Assembly (NCBI GenBank): GCA_964342815.1
Contig: CAYFHS010000003.1
Coordinates: 106,741-170,740 of the forward strand
Direction of reading: 5' to 3'
Length of the DNA stretch: 64,000 nt
Source of the DNA: an uncultured archaeon
GTDB lineage: Archaea; Thermoplasmatota; Penumbrarchaeia; JASLWR01
The first letter of the stretch is position 1, and each line of letters begins with the position of its first letter. Below, piece after piece: positions 27,615 through 37,500 of this stretch. Made by a program: the position numbers and the translations under genes. A model generated the notes under the pieces. The model worked only from the letters and a program-made list of their open reading frames with translations, searched no databases and was not told where the DNA came from.

Positions 27615-28841
27615 TTATTTTTTCATTTTAATATTTGGTTTGCCATATCTCCTTTTTGGAAAAACCAACTCTTCTGTCATAAAATATTGTACTATATCAC
27701 CAATTTGTTGGGGATCAATAGTTGCAGTAATAGAGTTAAGCCACCGATAGAATCCTACGAAGACAGGGATATTTTTTTCAAATTTGAAAGTATCGATGGA
27801 GTGGGCCCCACATTTAAGATATGTTTTTTTCCTTTTTACTTTTAGGAATTTATTTTGAACTTTAAGATATAATGTAAGCCTTAATTCAGGTAAACTTACC
27901 GCAAGGATGAATTTGCTAATATATTTGAAAACGTCCTCTTTTTTCATGAGTCTATCATCAATGATTATTTTCTTTTCTCCACAAAAAATTTTCACTCCAC
28001 TTGGAGGTAAGGTACCTAATAATACTTTTGTAACGATAGACGAAGTTCCGATTCGACTTCTCAAATTATTAAGGGATTCTTTTTTCTTCATGGATTTGAA
28101 TAACATTCTCCTACATCGATCATGTCGTTCCTTATAGTTAAAATTTGGATTCATTTCAACATCAGTTAATCCAATGAGTTTTGTAGAATCACTTCGGTAT
28201 TTATTATAATCACGGACCTCCTTGAGACCGATAATAGAACTGACTTCTTCAAAGGGACCTGTACAAACATAATAATTATTTGGTGAACTTAATAAACGTT
28301 TTATTAAAGAATTCCTTGAAAGATCAATGGAAGAGATTAATAGAAATGAAATTTCTTGCTGGCCGGTTACTTCTTTTATTAATTTTCTCTTAAAAAAAAT
28401 CTCTTTGTCAAAATCCTTAAGATTCTGCTTTGAGATTGATACTTCAATAAAAGTAATATTAAAATCAGCATCCAATAGCAACAAATCAATTTCAGCTAAA
28501 TCTTGCCCATTTCCTCTAATAATTATATTACCTGATAAATCATATGAGAATCCATTCTGGCCCAAATGATGTTTTTGCTTTTTTGAAGGAGCATCCGCCC
28601 CTTTCCGGATAATCCAAAAAATATTTTCCGATTTTTCCGATAGAACTGAAATCTTCTCATATATCATTGCTTCAAACCAATGACCTTCAGCATTTTTTTG
28701 GGAGTGTTTATTTTTAGAGAACAAATCTTTTTTGTGGGATTTACCCATATGACGAATTGCTCTTAAAGAAAGTTGCTTCGATGGTTTCAAATCCTTAAGT
28801 TCTTCTACTAGAAATTTCAATAATTCCATATTGTTCTTCAT
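27615..28841 (-). CDS. Basic hypothetical protein with a PD-(D/E)xK-like nuclease fold
   Basis: G.WFE helix, AEIDLLL and FIEVS. AT-rich. Start is uncertain (up to 28889). Confidence 0.55.
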   Translation of the reverse strand: MKNNMELLKFLVEELKDLKPSKQLSLRAIRHMGKSHKKDLFSKNKHSQKNAEGHWFEAMIYEKISVLSEKSENIFWIIRKGADAPSKKQKHHLGQNGFSYDLSGNIIIRGNGQDLAEIDLLLLDADFNITFIEVSISKQNLKDFDKEIFFKRKLIKEVTGQQEISFLLISSIDLSRNSLIKRLLSSPNNYYVCTGPFEEVSSIIGLKEVRDYNKYRSDSTKLIGLTDVEMNPNFNYKERHDRCRRMLFKSMKKKESLNNLRSRIGTSSIVTKVLLGTLPPSGVKIFCGEKKIIIDDRLMKKEDVFKYISKFILAVSLPELRLTLYLKVQNKFLKVKRKKTYLKCGAHSIDTFKFEKNIPVFVGFYRWLNSITATIDPQQIGDIVQYFMTEELVFPKRRYGKPNIKMKK

Positions 28842-29036
28842 ATAGTCTAATCTTTTATTAATATTTATTGAGTCGATATATATTATCAAATTTTACCGTA
28901 CAGCCGCGATAATCTTAAAATAAACTTTCACATCTGCGGATTCAATTGCCACGGTGTAGACAAATTCATACTCACTTCCCACTACAAAATCCATTCACCA
29001 AAAACCTTCAATACCACATCCGCCATTCTCCCATCC

Positions 29037-29945
29037 ATGACTACCCCTCCCCTTCCACCCATGTCCAAGCCAACACCCGACCCATCACTCCACCTCATAC
29101 CCCTGGACATAATCGAGCTTGGCTACACCGATTTTATCTCCTCCTGGCTCTACACCGGCCCTGAAGGTTCATTTCTCATCGACCCCGGCCCCGCATGCAC
29201 CATTCCGGTCCTCATCTCCGCTCTGCGCTCCCGAGAAATCGAAAATCTGGATTATATTTTACTGACCCATATCCACATGGATCACGCCGGCGGCATTGGT
29301 CATCTCATCGCCGAATTCCCGGCCGCGAAGGTCGTCTGCCATGAAAAGGGGGTCCGCCATCTCATTGACCCGCAAAGATTGTGGGAGGGCTCGAGAGCGG
29401 TTATCGGTAAGGTCGCCGACGTCTACGGCGGGATTTTTCCTGTACCGGAGGACAAGATAATTGTTACTGACCGAATAGATTTCGGGGACGGAATTACCGT
29501 CATACCTGCCCCCGGCCACGCGTCGCACCACCAGTGTTTCGCCTTCCGGGATTATATATTCGTGGGCGAGCTTCTGGGCACTTACGTTCACCTGGAAAAT
29601 GAGCTGTATCTGCGGCCGGCAACGCCCTCGAGGTTTGTCCTTGAGGATTATCTGACGTCCATGGACCGGGTAGAAAAGTTTCTACGGAAAAAAATCTGTT
29701 TTGCGCATTACGGATCAGAAGATACTGGAGATATCCTGAACACGGCACGATCTCAGCTGAGGCTCTGGGTGCGTCTTATCGACGAGAACCGAGATCGGGA
29801 ATTGGACGAGATTCTTGTAGTACTGCTTACCGAGGACAAGATATTCAGCAGACTCGGAAAACTCTCGCCTGTTCTACAAAAGAGAGAAGTTCATTTTGTC
29901 AGGAATTCAATATCGGGGATACTCGAATATTTAAGGTCGAAATGA
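29037..29945 (+). CDS. MBL-fold metallo-hydrolase
   Basis: THIHMDHAGG, PGHASHH, FAHYG. True start may be 29061. Confidence 0.93.
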   Translation: MTTPPLPPMSKPTPDPSLHLIPLDIIELGYTDFISSWLYTGPEGSFLIDPGPACTIPVLISALRSREIENLDYILLTHIHMDHAGGIGHLIAEFPAAKVVCHEKGVRHLIDPQRLWEGSRAVIGKVADVYGGIFPVPEDKIIVTDRIDFGDGITVIPAPGHASHHQCFAFRDYIFVGELLGTYVHLENELYLRPATPSRFVLEDYLTSMDRVEKFLRKKICFAHYGSEDTGDILNTARSQLRLWVRLIDENRDRELDEILVVLLTEDKIFSRLGKLSPVLQKREVHFVRNSISGILEYLRSK

Positions 29946-29950
29946 GTTTT

Positions 29951-30280
29951 TTACTTGCCCCCAAGGGCGATCTCCACCGACTTCTCCGCCCATTCCACAA
30001 TTTTATCCATATCATCGAGAATATCGCCCGGTACCTCGTAGTACGGCATTTTCATTCTGCGCTTCCCGAAGGGCGGAATGAAGGGGTTTGAGCCTTTATC
30101 GGAATATTCTTTCTCGTTCGATTCATCCACCTTGAAATAAAGAATCCCGCCGTGAATGAGTGCAAACATCTTGCCGCCGGAGAAGAGACCCGCGCCTCCG
30201 AACATCTTCTTCACCGTCAGATCCTCGAGACCATCAAGTTTCTCAGTCACAAAATCAAGATATCCCTGGTCAACTGCCAA
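29951..30280 (-). CDS. TfoX/Sxy N-terminal domain protein
   Basis: KKMFGGAGLF, LYFKVD, MPYYEVP. TTG 30280 follows a GGTGAT SD. Confidence 0.9.
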   Translation of the reverse strand: MAVDQGYLDFVTEKLDGLEDLTVKKMFGGAGLFSGGKMFALIHGGILYFKVDESNEKEYSDKGSNPFIPPFGKRRMKMPYYEVPGDILDDMDKIVEWAEKSVEIALGGK

Positions 30281-30421
30281 TTTATCACCCTGTTTCATGG
30301 ATGCAAGAAATGGTTTATTAGATGAACCGTCATTATGTTCGTCACGGAGAATTATGTGTGAATCATTTAATATTGGCAAAGCGATTATTATGCTCACGTT
30401 GAAAAATAAAAAGGTGCGTTA

Positions 30422-30925
30422 ATGAAAATCAAAATAAAAGCCTCACTGCTGTGTGCAGCTCTGCTTCTCGTTATATTTAGTACCGGCTGCATGAACGATG
30501 AGGGACCTGTGGTCTATGAGTCCGCCCCCGACTTCACTCTTACCGATACCGATGGCGAGAGATTCAGTCTCGGCAAGTATTTGGGAGAGGTGATCATACT
30601 GGATTTCATGGCCACGTGGTGTGGACCCTGCGTCGAGGAAATGGATCACTTGAAGAAGATACACACCAATTACCAGAGTAGGGGAGTCCGCATAATATCC
30701 ATCGACGTGGACAACGGTGAAACCAAAAAGGAGTTGAACGATTTCAAATTAAAGCATGAATGCGACTGGCAGTTTGCCACCAACGGCGGCTCTGTGGGAA
30801 ATACCTACGGTGCCAGTTCCATTCCAATGATTTATATTATAAACAGGGAAGGAGCCATAGAGTTCAAGCAGGTTGGTCTCACAGATTATTCGGTGCTGGC
30901 AAATGAGGTGGATAAGCTATTATGA
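30422..30925 (+). CDS. TlpA-like thioredoxin-fold predicted lipoprotein
   Basis: STGC lipobox-like signal, APDFTL and ATWCGPC motifs. Confidence 0.92.
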   Translation: MKIKIKASLLCAALLLVIFSTGCMNDEGPVVYESAPDFTLTDTDGERFSLGKYLGEVIILDFMATWCGPCVEEMDHLKKIHTNYQSRGVRIISIDVDNGETKKELNDFKLKHECDWQFATNGGSVGNTYGASSIPMIYIINREGAIEFKQVGLTDYSVLANEVDKLL

Positions 30926-30949
30926 AAAACCACTTTTCTACGATGACAC

Positions 30950-31180
30950 GGCGCATCGAAGATACGCCTGCACCCTCGGAATCCCAGATGGGATTCCTGC
31001 GGGAAAGCGGGGCCACCCGTAGGTTTTGTTCGCAAAACCGAGGGTGCAGCTAAATCTCTGATTTAGCGGAACGAAGTGGGCATCCCCCCCAAATATATCC
31101 CTTCGGGATGGGCTCCCTCGGGGAGCCAAATTCCAAAGGAAATTGGCGACTTAGCAGAGTTCCACTCCTGCGTTATCGCA
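30950..31180. other. GC-rich stack of about ten hairpins (structured ncRNA or REP/MITE-like element)
   Basis: A 12-bp stem (30968-30979/31038-31049) encloses three hairpins, with further tandem hairpins on both sides. Lies between convergent genes. Confidence 0.7.
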
Positions 31181-31248
31181 AATACTTGATTGCCTAAATA
31201 AAGTACAAATCGACTGGATGGTCTGTATTTCCTATATGATAAAAAAAA

Positions 31249-32163
31249 TTAACCACCGGAATACCCTAGGTGTTGAGATCTCTCAGAGCTGTGATGGGTT
31301 ATATCGAAGTAAACCGTGCCCTGGTCGCTAATGGAGCTGGACATCATCTTGTGTATGAATTCCCTGTTATCCGCCCTGTTGTACATATCGTTTATAAAGA
31401 GGCCTGAATTGCCGAAAATGTATACCTGTCCGTTTCCCTTTTTCACCCGATAACCCATTCCGATAGGCCCGTCGAGGTCCCAGTTGTCCTGGTTCTCGTT
31501 ATCGTTCATATCTATAAACGAATAACTGGTGATCTGAAGGTCTTTTACCACAACCGGGGATGACGCCATCATTAGAGCTATATTCTCATCCTCTATTGGT
31601 TCATCGTCAAGGTCAACCGGCCCCTCGTGGGAGTCGTTCATTCCTTCACCGGAATCCGTAACGTTCAATCCCCTGGGGCCGTTAAATAATAAATTCATTT
31701 CGGTACCAAAAAAATCAGATTTCGTTGTTATGAAATCCCAGTTATACGTGTAGCTGGTATCGATCAATCGATGATCATAATATCGTATCCTGAAATATCT
31801 TGTAAAGGGTTCCGCAAGGTCTTCACGATCCGAAGCGAATACAAGGGTTCCCCCTTTTTTCACGTATTCGATGAGAGATATCCTTTCCTCCGGCGATATG
31901 GCAGAGTCCAACCCGAGGAGGAACAAAATGCTATCGGACGGGCTGAGGATATTCTCCGCGTTACTGGTGTTCGATAGAAAGCGGAACTTGTACGGAAGGG
32001 AACTTTTGATATCTTTCTGCATCTTCGATAGATTATTCCAGCCGTCGGCGTCCTCCTCGGGCTTTTCATCGTCATTCGTACACCCGGCGAACATGACGAC
32101 GAGGAGGAACAGCAGCACTGTAAACAGCGGCATGATAAACTTGCTGGATTCTTTCACGGTCAT
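31249..32163 (-). CDS. DUF4350-like predicted lipoprotein
   Basis: FAGC lipobox-like signal, YVKKGGTLVFAS, GNGQVYIFGNSGLFINDM...N..F and VYFD..H. Confidence 0.7.
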   Translation of the reverse strand: MTVKESSKFIMPLFTVLLFLLVVMFAGCTNDDEKPEEDADGWNNLSKMQKDIKSSLPYKFRFLSNTSNAENILSPSDSILFLLGLDSAISPEERISLIEYVKKGGTLVFASDREDLAEPFTRYFRIRYYDHRLIDTSYTYNWDFITTKSDFFGTEMNLLFNGPRGLNVTDSGEGMNDSHEGPVDLDDEPIEDENIALMMASSPVVVKDLQITSYSFIDMNDNENQDNWDLDGPIGMGYRVKKGNGQVYIFGNSGLFINDMYNRADNREFIHKMMSSSISDQGTVYFDITHHSSERSQHLGYSGG

Positions 32164-32277
32164 TCACCATATCCAGTTACTTTAACTTTCATATCTATAA
32201 TTGAACAATATAAATGATAGCTGCCCTTGAACATACTTGAAACATAATCCTCATGAACCTATTACGAAAAAATATCC

Positions 32278-34524
32278 CTAGTCGCCGTCCCCGCCTTTGC
32301 TCTCTTTTTTCTTTCTCGCCAAGGTTTTCGAGCGCTTCATCAATCGTTCCTTCCTTCCGGCCTTACCCGGGCTGCTTCTCGACCCGGTACCCATGCTCTC
32401 GTAATCCTTGTCCGTGTAGTATGATTTCCGGTCAGAGATGAAGAAATCATCTTCCTCCCGTTCCCTGCGGCTCTTTCTTTTTTCAGGTTTGTCCTCAGCA
32501 TCCTCTTTGCCCTTTTTTACGCTTTTTATGACAAAGATAATGAACACTCCTATGGCTATTATGAATATTATCGCAAGGATCACGTATCCCGTACTGAGCC
32601 GGGTCTCCTCCTCAACCGCCGTCAACTGTACCGAAATGTGGCCGGCCTCGACAATATTTCCCCCCTGATCCGTCACCGTGAACTCAAGCATTTGCTCTTC
32701 GCCGGTACCCAAAGATTTCGTTTTCCACGACAATACCACTGTAGACTCTGCTCCCGGAGCGATCTCGTCAATACTTTTCAAAACCACATCTTTCTCGCCG
32801 TCCACAGACAGATGCATTTTTAGTCCTGTTGCCTTGACGGTCAATTTATTTTTTATTACTACGCTGAGGGTTTGCTCACTGTCCTCGGTCAATTTCACCT
32901 TTGCTTCATCATCCACGGTCTTATCGTCCAAAATTATGGAGATTATGTCCACCTTGGTGCCCATTATCTGAAATTGTACGGCCTCGCCTTTCGATACATT
33001 AACCATAGTACCATTGATCAGGACCAGTGCGCTGTTCTCGCCTTCCAGCGGTATACCGTCGAACTCGATATTCACCCACACCCATATCTCCTGGTAAGGA
33101 GCAAGAGTCAACTGAATGTCCGTCATCTTCTGGTCCGGAAGCGGTTTGATGATACCTGTGACCCCTTCCAAGTTTAGAAAAGCGGCAAAGTCCTTTGAGA
33201 TGTTGTCCCCTTCAATACCGGTGTACACGCCGTTGAAGTATCCGCTTAATGAAGAAGGATTGCTGCCAAGGGATATCACCACGTTCCTCTGTGCATTACT
33301 GGCGCTCTGAAGGTGAAAGGTCATCTCACGGGAATCGCCCCGATATAGTGTATCCACGGGAGCAAAGGTCTTTGTAAGCGCAAAATCGATTATGGGATTG
33401 ACAAATATTTCAAGACCCATAGTCTCCCACAATCCACCCTGCGAGGTGAAGTTCAGCTTCACTGCATTCGTCCCGGTAAGTGATCTGGAAGCGATTCCTA
33501 TACGGATCTCAAACACCTGCTTATTTTCGGCGGATATCTTTGCGAAGGATGGAGTAAATACTATGGTCCAGTTCTCGGGAAGCGAAACTGTCTCGGGGGT
33601 AACCGTTATTTCATCGTTCCCCGTATTATGGACGCCTATCTCGTATAGCAAGGTATCACCGGGGTTTCCCACCTTTTCCAGTACCGCGGTGTAAACATCC
33701 ATATTTAAGTTGGACCGGATCACAACCTCCAGCTCCATGGTATATTCTTTATCACCGTTTTGTGAATCGGCACTCAAACCCACCACGATCTTTTGTTTGG
33801 GTACACCCAAGTTCGGAGAAAATACGGTCAGTACAATATGTTTCACGGAATTCCCGGGTATGGTCAGAGAATCATCTGAAAGCGACCCGATCCATGAGTT
33901 GTCATCCGCATTATTCCCCTCAACAATATTGTTCGAAAGGGTAAGCTCAACGTTATCTGCCTCCGCCAGGTTATTTTCGATGCTGACGTTGAAATCCGCC
34001 CGCCCGCCAGGGTCCACCACCAGAGAGGTTTGATCTGCGGAAAGTGTAATTGAAGGGGGAAGGGAAACAAGCATCAATGCCTGTACAGTATATTTGCTCC
34101 CCAGGGTAATATTGAGATAGATTATTTTTTCTCCCACTACCGTTGTGGTGATCCAGATATCCGATGTTTCTGTCGCTTTCCCGTCAACCCACAGGGGCAT
34201 GGTATCTGAAGATGTGGTAAATGCTATGTTCCAAGGAGTAATATTTTCAAGCTTGAGATGAAATTCCTGACCCGACGCAAGATCATTCTGGACTTCGAAT
34301 CGGATCACCGAACGCAGCCCGTTAGTGACCTTTATGTAATCATACCCGTCGTACTCGTTGAAATCATCCGTTTTGGCATCGGGAAAATTTGCGCTGAACT
34401 GCTCATCCGCCCTGGTTTCAACCGGGGAGCAGGAGAAATCGTTAACACCAAAAACTACAAAACACTGGAACATTAAAATTATAATTGCCGTAAAAGTCAT
34501 TACACTTTTTTTCAACATATTCAT
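32278..34524 (-). CDS. Membrane-anchored surface protein with NEW3/CARDB-like Ig repeats
   Basis: Signal peptide, repeated PG....Y.I.V.N.G motifs, C-terminal TM and charged tail. 4-nt overlap with the upstream gene. Confidence 0.8.
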   Translation of the reverse strand: MNMLKKSVMTFTAIIILMFQCFVVFGVNDFSCSPVETRADEQFSANFPDAKTDDFNEYDGYDYIKVTNGLRSVIRFEVQNDLASGQEFHLKLENITPWNIAFTTSSDTMPLWVDGKATETSDIWITTTVVGEKIIYLNITLGSKYTVQALMLVSLPPSITLSADQTSLVVDPGGRADFNVSIENNLAEADNVELTLSNNIVEGNNADDNSWIGSLSDDSLTIPGNSVKHIVLTVFSPNLGVPKQKIVVGLSADSQNGDKEYTMELEVVIRSNLNMDVYTAVLEKVGNPGDTLLYEIGVHNTGNDEITVTPETVSLPENWTIVFTPSFAKISAENKQVFEIRIGIASRSLTGTNAVKLNFTSQGGLWETMGLEIFVNPIIDFALTKTFAPVDTLYRGDSREMTFHLQSASNAQRNVVISLGSNPSSLSGYFNGVYTGIEGDNISKDFAAFLNLEGVTGIIKPLPDQKMTDIQLTLAPYQEIWVWVNIEFDGIPLEGENSALVLINGTMVNVSKGEAVQFQIMGTKVDIISIILDDKTVDDEAKVKLTEDSEQTLSVVIKNKLTVKATGLKMHLSVDGEKDVVLKSIDEIAPGAESTVVLSWKTKSLGTGEEQMLEFTVTDQGGNIVEAGHISVQLTAVEEETRLSTGYVILAIIFIIAIGVFIIFVIKSVKKGKEDAEDKPEKRKSRREREEDDFFISDRKSYYTDKDYESMGTGSRSSPGKAGRKERLMKRSKTLARKKKESKGGDGD

Positions 34525-37500
34525 TCCTCCTCGTCGATGCCCAGTATATCCATTATATCATCAAGGGCGCTGGAATCGTCACCGGCGGCTGTTGCGGCAT
34601 CCTCCTTTTTCACCTCGGGAGCCCCATCCATGGACTCCGGAGGAAGCGGAGTGTCCGTCGTTGCCGGATCCTCGCCGGAGGGCTCTGTTATCTCAGCCTC
34701 GGTAAGGGGGATTTCTGGCTCCGGCTCTGCCTCGACAGCTTCAGGTGCTTCGGGACCGGCGGGCTCGGGAGAAATATCTGGCGTATCCAAAGTTTCATCC
34801 GAATCGGCAGGATGGGCGGGTTCTTCATCGACATGGGATTCATCAGTCTCGGTGGGCTGAACCGCGTCACCAGCTTCTCCGATATCAGGCTCAATGGGCG
34901 CCGCATCCGGCATGCCCGAATCAGCATCATCTTCTGCGGGCTCCAGGGAACCGGTATCTTCCGATAACTCACCCATTGTCTTCGCATCAGCTTCCACATC
35001 TGCGGCTGATACATCCTCGGGCGTTTCAGCTAATCCCTCGGGAATTTCATCACCGGTCACGTCATCCACCAACGGAATCTCGGCAGTGTCCGCTTCCGAT
35101 TCTACCGGTTGTTTCGAAATCTCATCCGGCTCGGGGATTTTCTCGGTGATTTCCTCTGCATCAACTATGGTATCCCCAATAGCCACAGGCGCCTTGTCGG
35201 ACACTTCGGGGGGAATGTATTCCATCTCCGGAGGAGGAAGCTCCTCTTGCGTAACGTCCTCACCCGGCGGAAGGAACTCAACACGTTCCCCGGGAGGCGG
35301 GGGCATTTTCTTAACTTCTTCCGGATCAGTTGTGCCTGGAGCCGGAGGCGGAAGCGCCGGGGTCTTCTTCCCCCCCTTGCCATTGGCCAGGGCCTTGCCA
35401 TCGCTCAAAGCCTTGCCCTTTTGACCCTTCACCCTGGATTTCGTTCTTATACCGTGAGCCTTGAACATTTTAAGAAGAGTCTTGTCCAGTGCTTCAAATG
35501 TGCGCCGATCGCTTAAGCGTTGGGTGGAATAGATGCTGGTGGGTATGAGATCGTCGATCACCACCCCCTCGGATCTTTTACGCACCTCTATTACTTCGAA
35601 TCGCTCGCGCTTACCCCGCTTTGCGCGCTTTATAATCAATATCAGAAGAATGAAGAGAGCCAGCAGCAGGACGATGGAACCTAGAATGAGGTTCAGGTTC
35701 ATACCCAGCGAAGAGGTCCATGATTCTTCCTCAACATCCTCCCTTGCGAATCCCAGAAGCTCGGACTGAGCGGTAGAACCATCCGTCGAAGTGGCTATTA
35801 GAACGATCACCGAGTCCCGGTTCACATTGGCTGAATCGGGTATGTTCACTGTCAGAATAACGCTCATCATCTCCCCGCTTTTGATATGAAGCGGTTCTCC
35901 TGGTACTTTGACGTATTTCGCAAAAGTACCTCCCAAACCCAGTTCCACGGTAACGTCATCCCGGCCGCTGTTCTTGATGAATCCGCGGATGGTCTGATTG
36001 GTCTCTCCGGTGATGGTATAGATATAGTTCGTTTCGTTGAATCCGACCGTGATAGAAAAATCACCGATCCGCAGAGCGAATAGTGAAACTTCGGAATACT
36101 GGTGCCCGTCGAATGCCTTGATCTCCACGTATACGGTATCGCCGCGTTTGATGGGTTTTTCAACCTGGAAACTGGTGGCATTGGAAACAAGGGTCCAAGG
36201 GAGTATGTCGCCAAGGGAAGGGTCGCTCCCGATCCGAATTTGATATGAAAAATTTACATCTGTTCCGGGGCTGTCGCTATAATGGGCCCCGCTCCAATTT
36301 ATGAGAGGCGTGGGATCGATCGAGTTGCCCGGCATGATCTCTGTGGGTCCGGAGATTTTCCTTGGCGCTTTCACCTGGAGAACAGCCTCGAATACTCCCG
36401 AGAATGCCATGCCGTCATAGCATTTCACCTGAACGTGATAATCTCCAGGTGTCAAGGAGTCTTCGATCTGGAAAAAATTGTCCTCACCGGTACTCCTCCA
36501 AGGAATAAGGTCCCCTGAGCCGGGACCGCTGCCCATCTGAAACCAGAAGAGTAAGTCGTCACCGTTCAGGTCCACAGCACCTTCCCACCGGATCATGGGG
36601 GAAGGATTACGGGTTACCGTGGGCGCGAGTGACTTGGGTGGGAACGGCTCGATGTTATCCGAAGGATCGAAGATGATTATACGCTGCTCTCTTACCGGCG
36701 AAAACTCGTAGCCGTCGGTGGCCATCACCTGGACGTAATAAGTCCCGTATTGAAGCATGAAAGGTAGCTGATAGATAGTGTTGACGCTGGTGGGTGTGCT
36801 CTTTATGATATCGCTGGCATGCCAATCCGTTCCGATACTTATAAAGTACTCGATGAGATCGTTGACGTCCAGATCCGTACAGGCACCCCAGGTGATGGTG
36901 GGATCTCTCCGGATGGTGTAAAGCGGACTGATAGTACCTGGTACACCGGGAGGGTGATTGCCATCGGAGGCGATGGTCATGATGGAGCTAGAAACTTCGG
37001 AGTAAAAATCACCGTCAAAACTCTTTACCTGGATATGGTAAACTCCTACTGCCAGTTCTTCCAGCACCTGATAGGTCGTTGAATGACCCGTACTGTACCA
37101 GGGCAGTACGTTATCGTCTACACCGGATGTTCCTATCCTTATGGAATACTCCAGCTCTTCGTGGGGTGTTTCCAGGTCCAATGCCCCCCACCAGCTTATC
37201 AATGGAAGCTTATCGGTAGTGCTGTTGGGCCATATCTTCGATGGGGGAGACGGTATGTAATTGTAGAAGAAAGTAAGGTTCAGGTCATTCTCACCGTAAG
37301 CCAATCCATCAATACCGCCCCATTTGTCCCGGACATTGAAAGACAGTCCGTAAGAGCCCTCTGTAAACGAAGTATCTGGGTCAATATCATAGGAGAATAT
37401 GTAGCTCAAACCGTCTACCGGGGCCAGATACGGTATGCTTGCATTGGGTCCTTCCATTTCACCGTCCACCAATATGAATTCGTTTCCTTCCTGGTCTCTG

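Noticed and set aside
30938-31129. 63-aa ORF, or tRNA/SRP/RNase P, in the hairpin stack
   Set aside because: The ORF has no protein-like features. There is no T-loop or D-loop consensus, no SRP helix-8 motif and no RNase P GGAAAGUCC motif.
34537-35516. Several overlapping plus-strand ORFs (107-176 aa)
   Set aside because: These are shadows of the low-complexity tail of the 1619-aa minus-strand gene.
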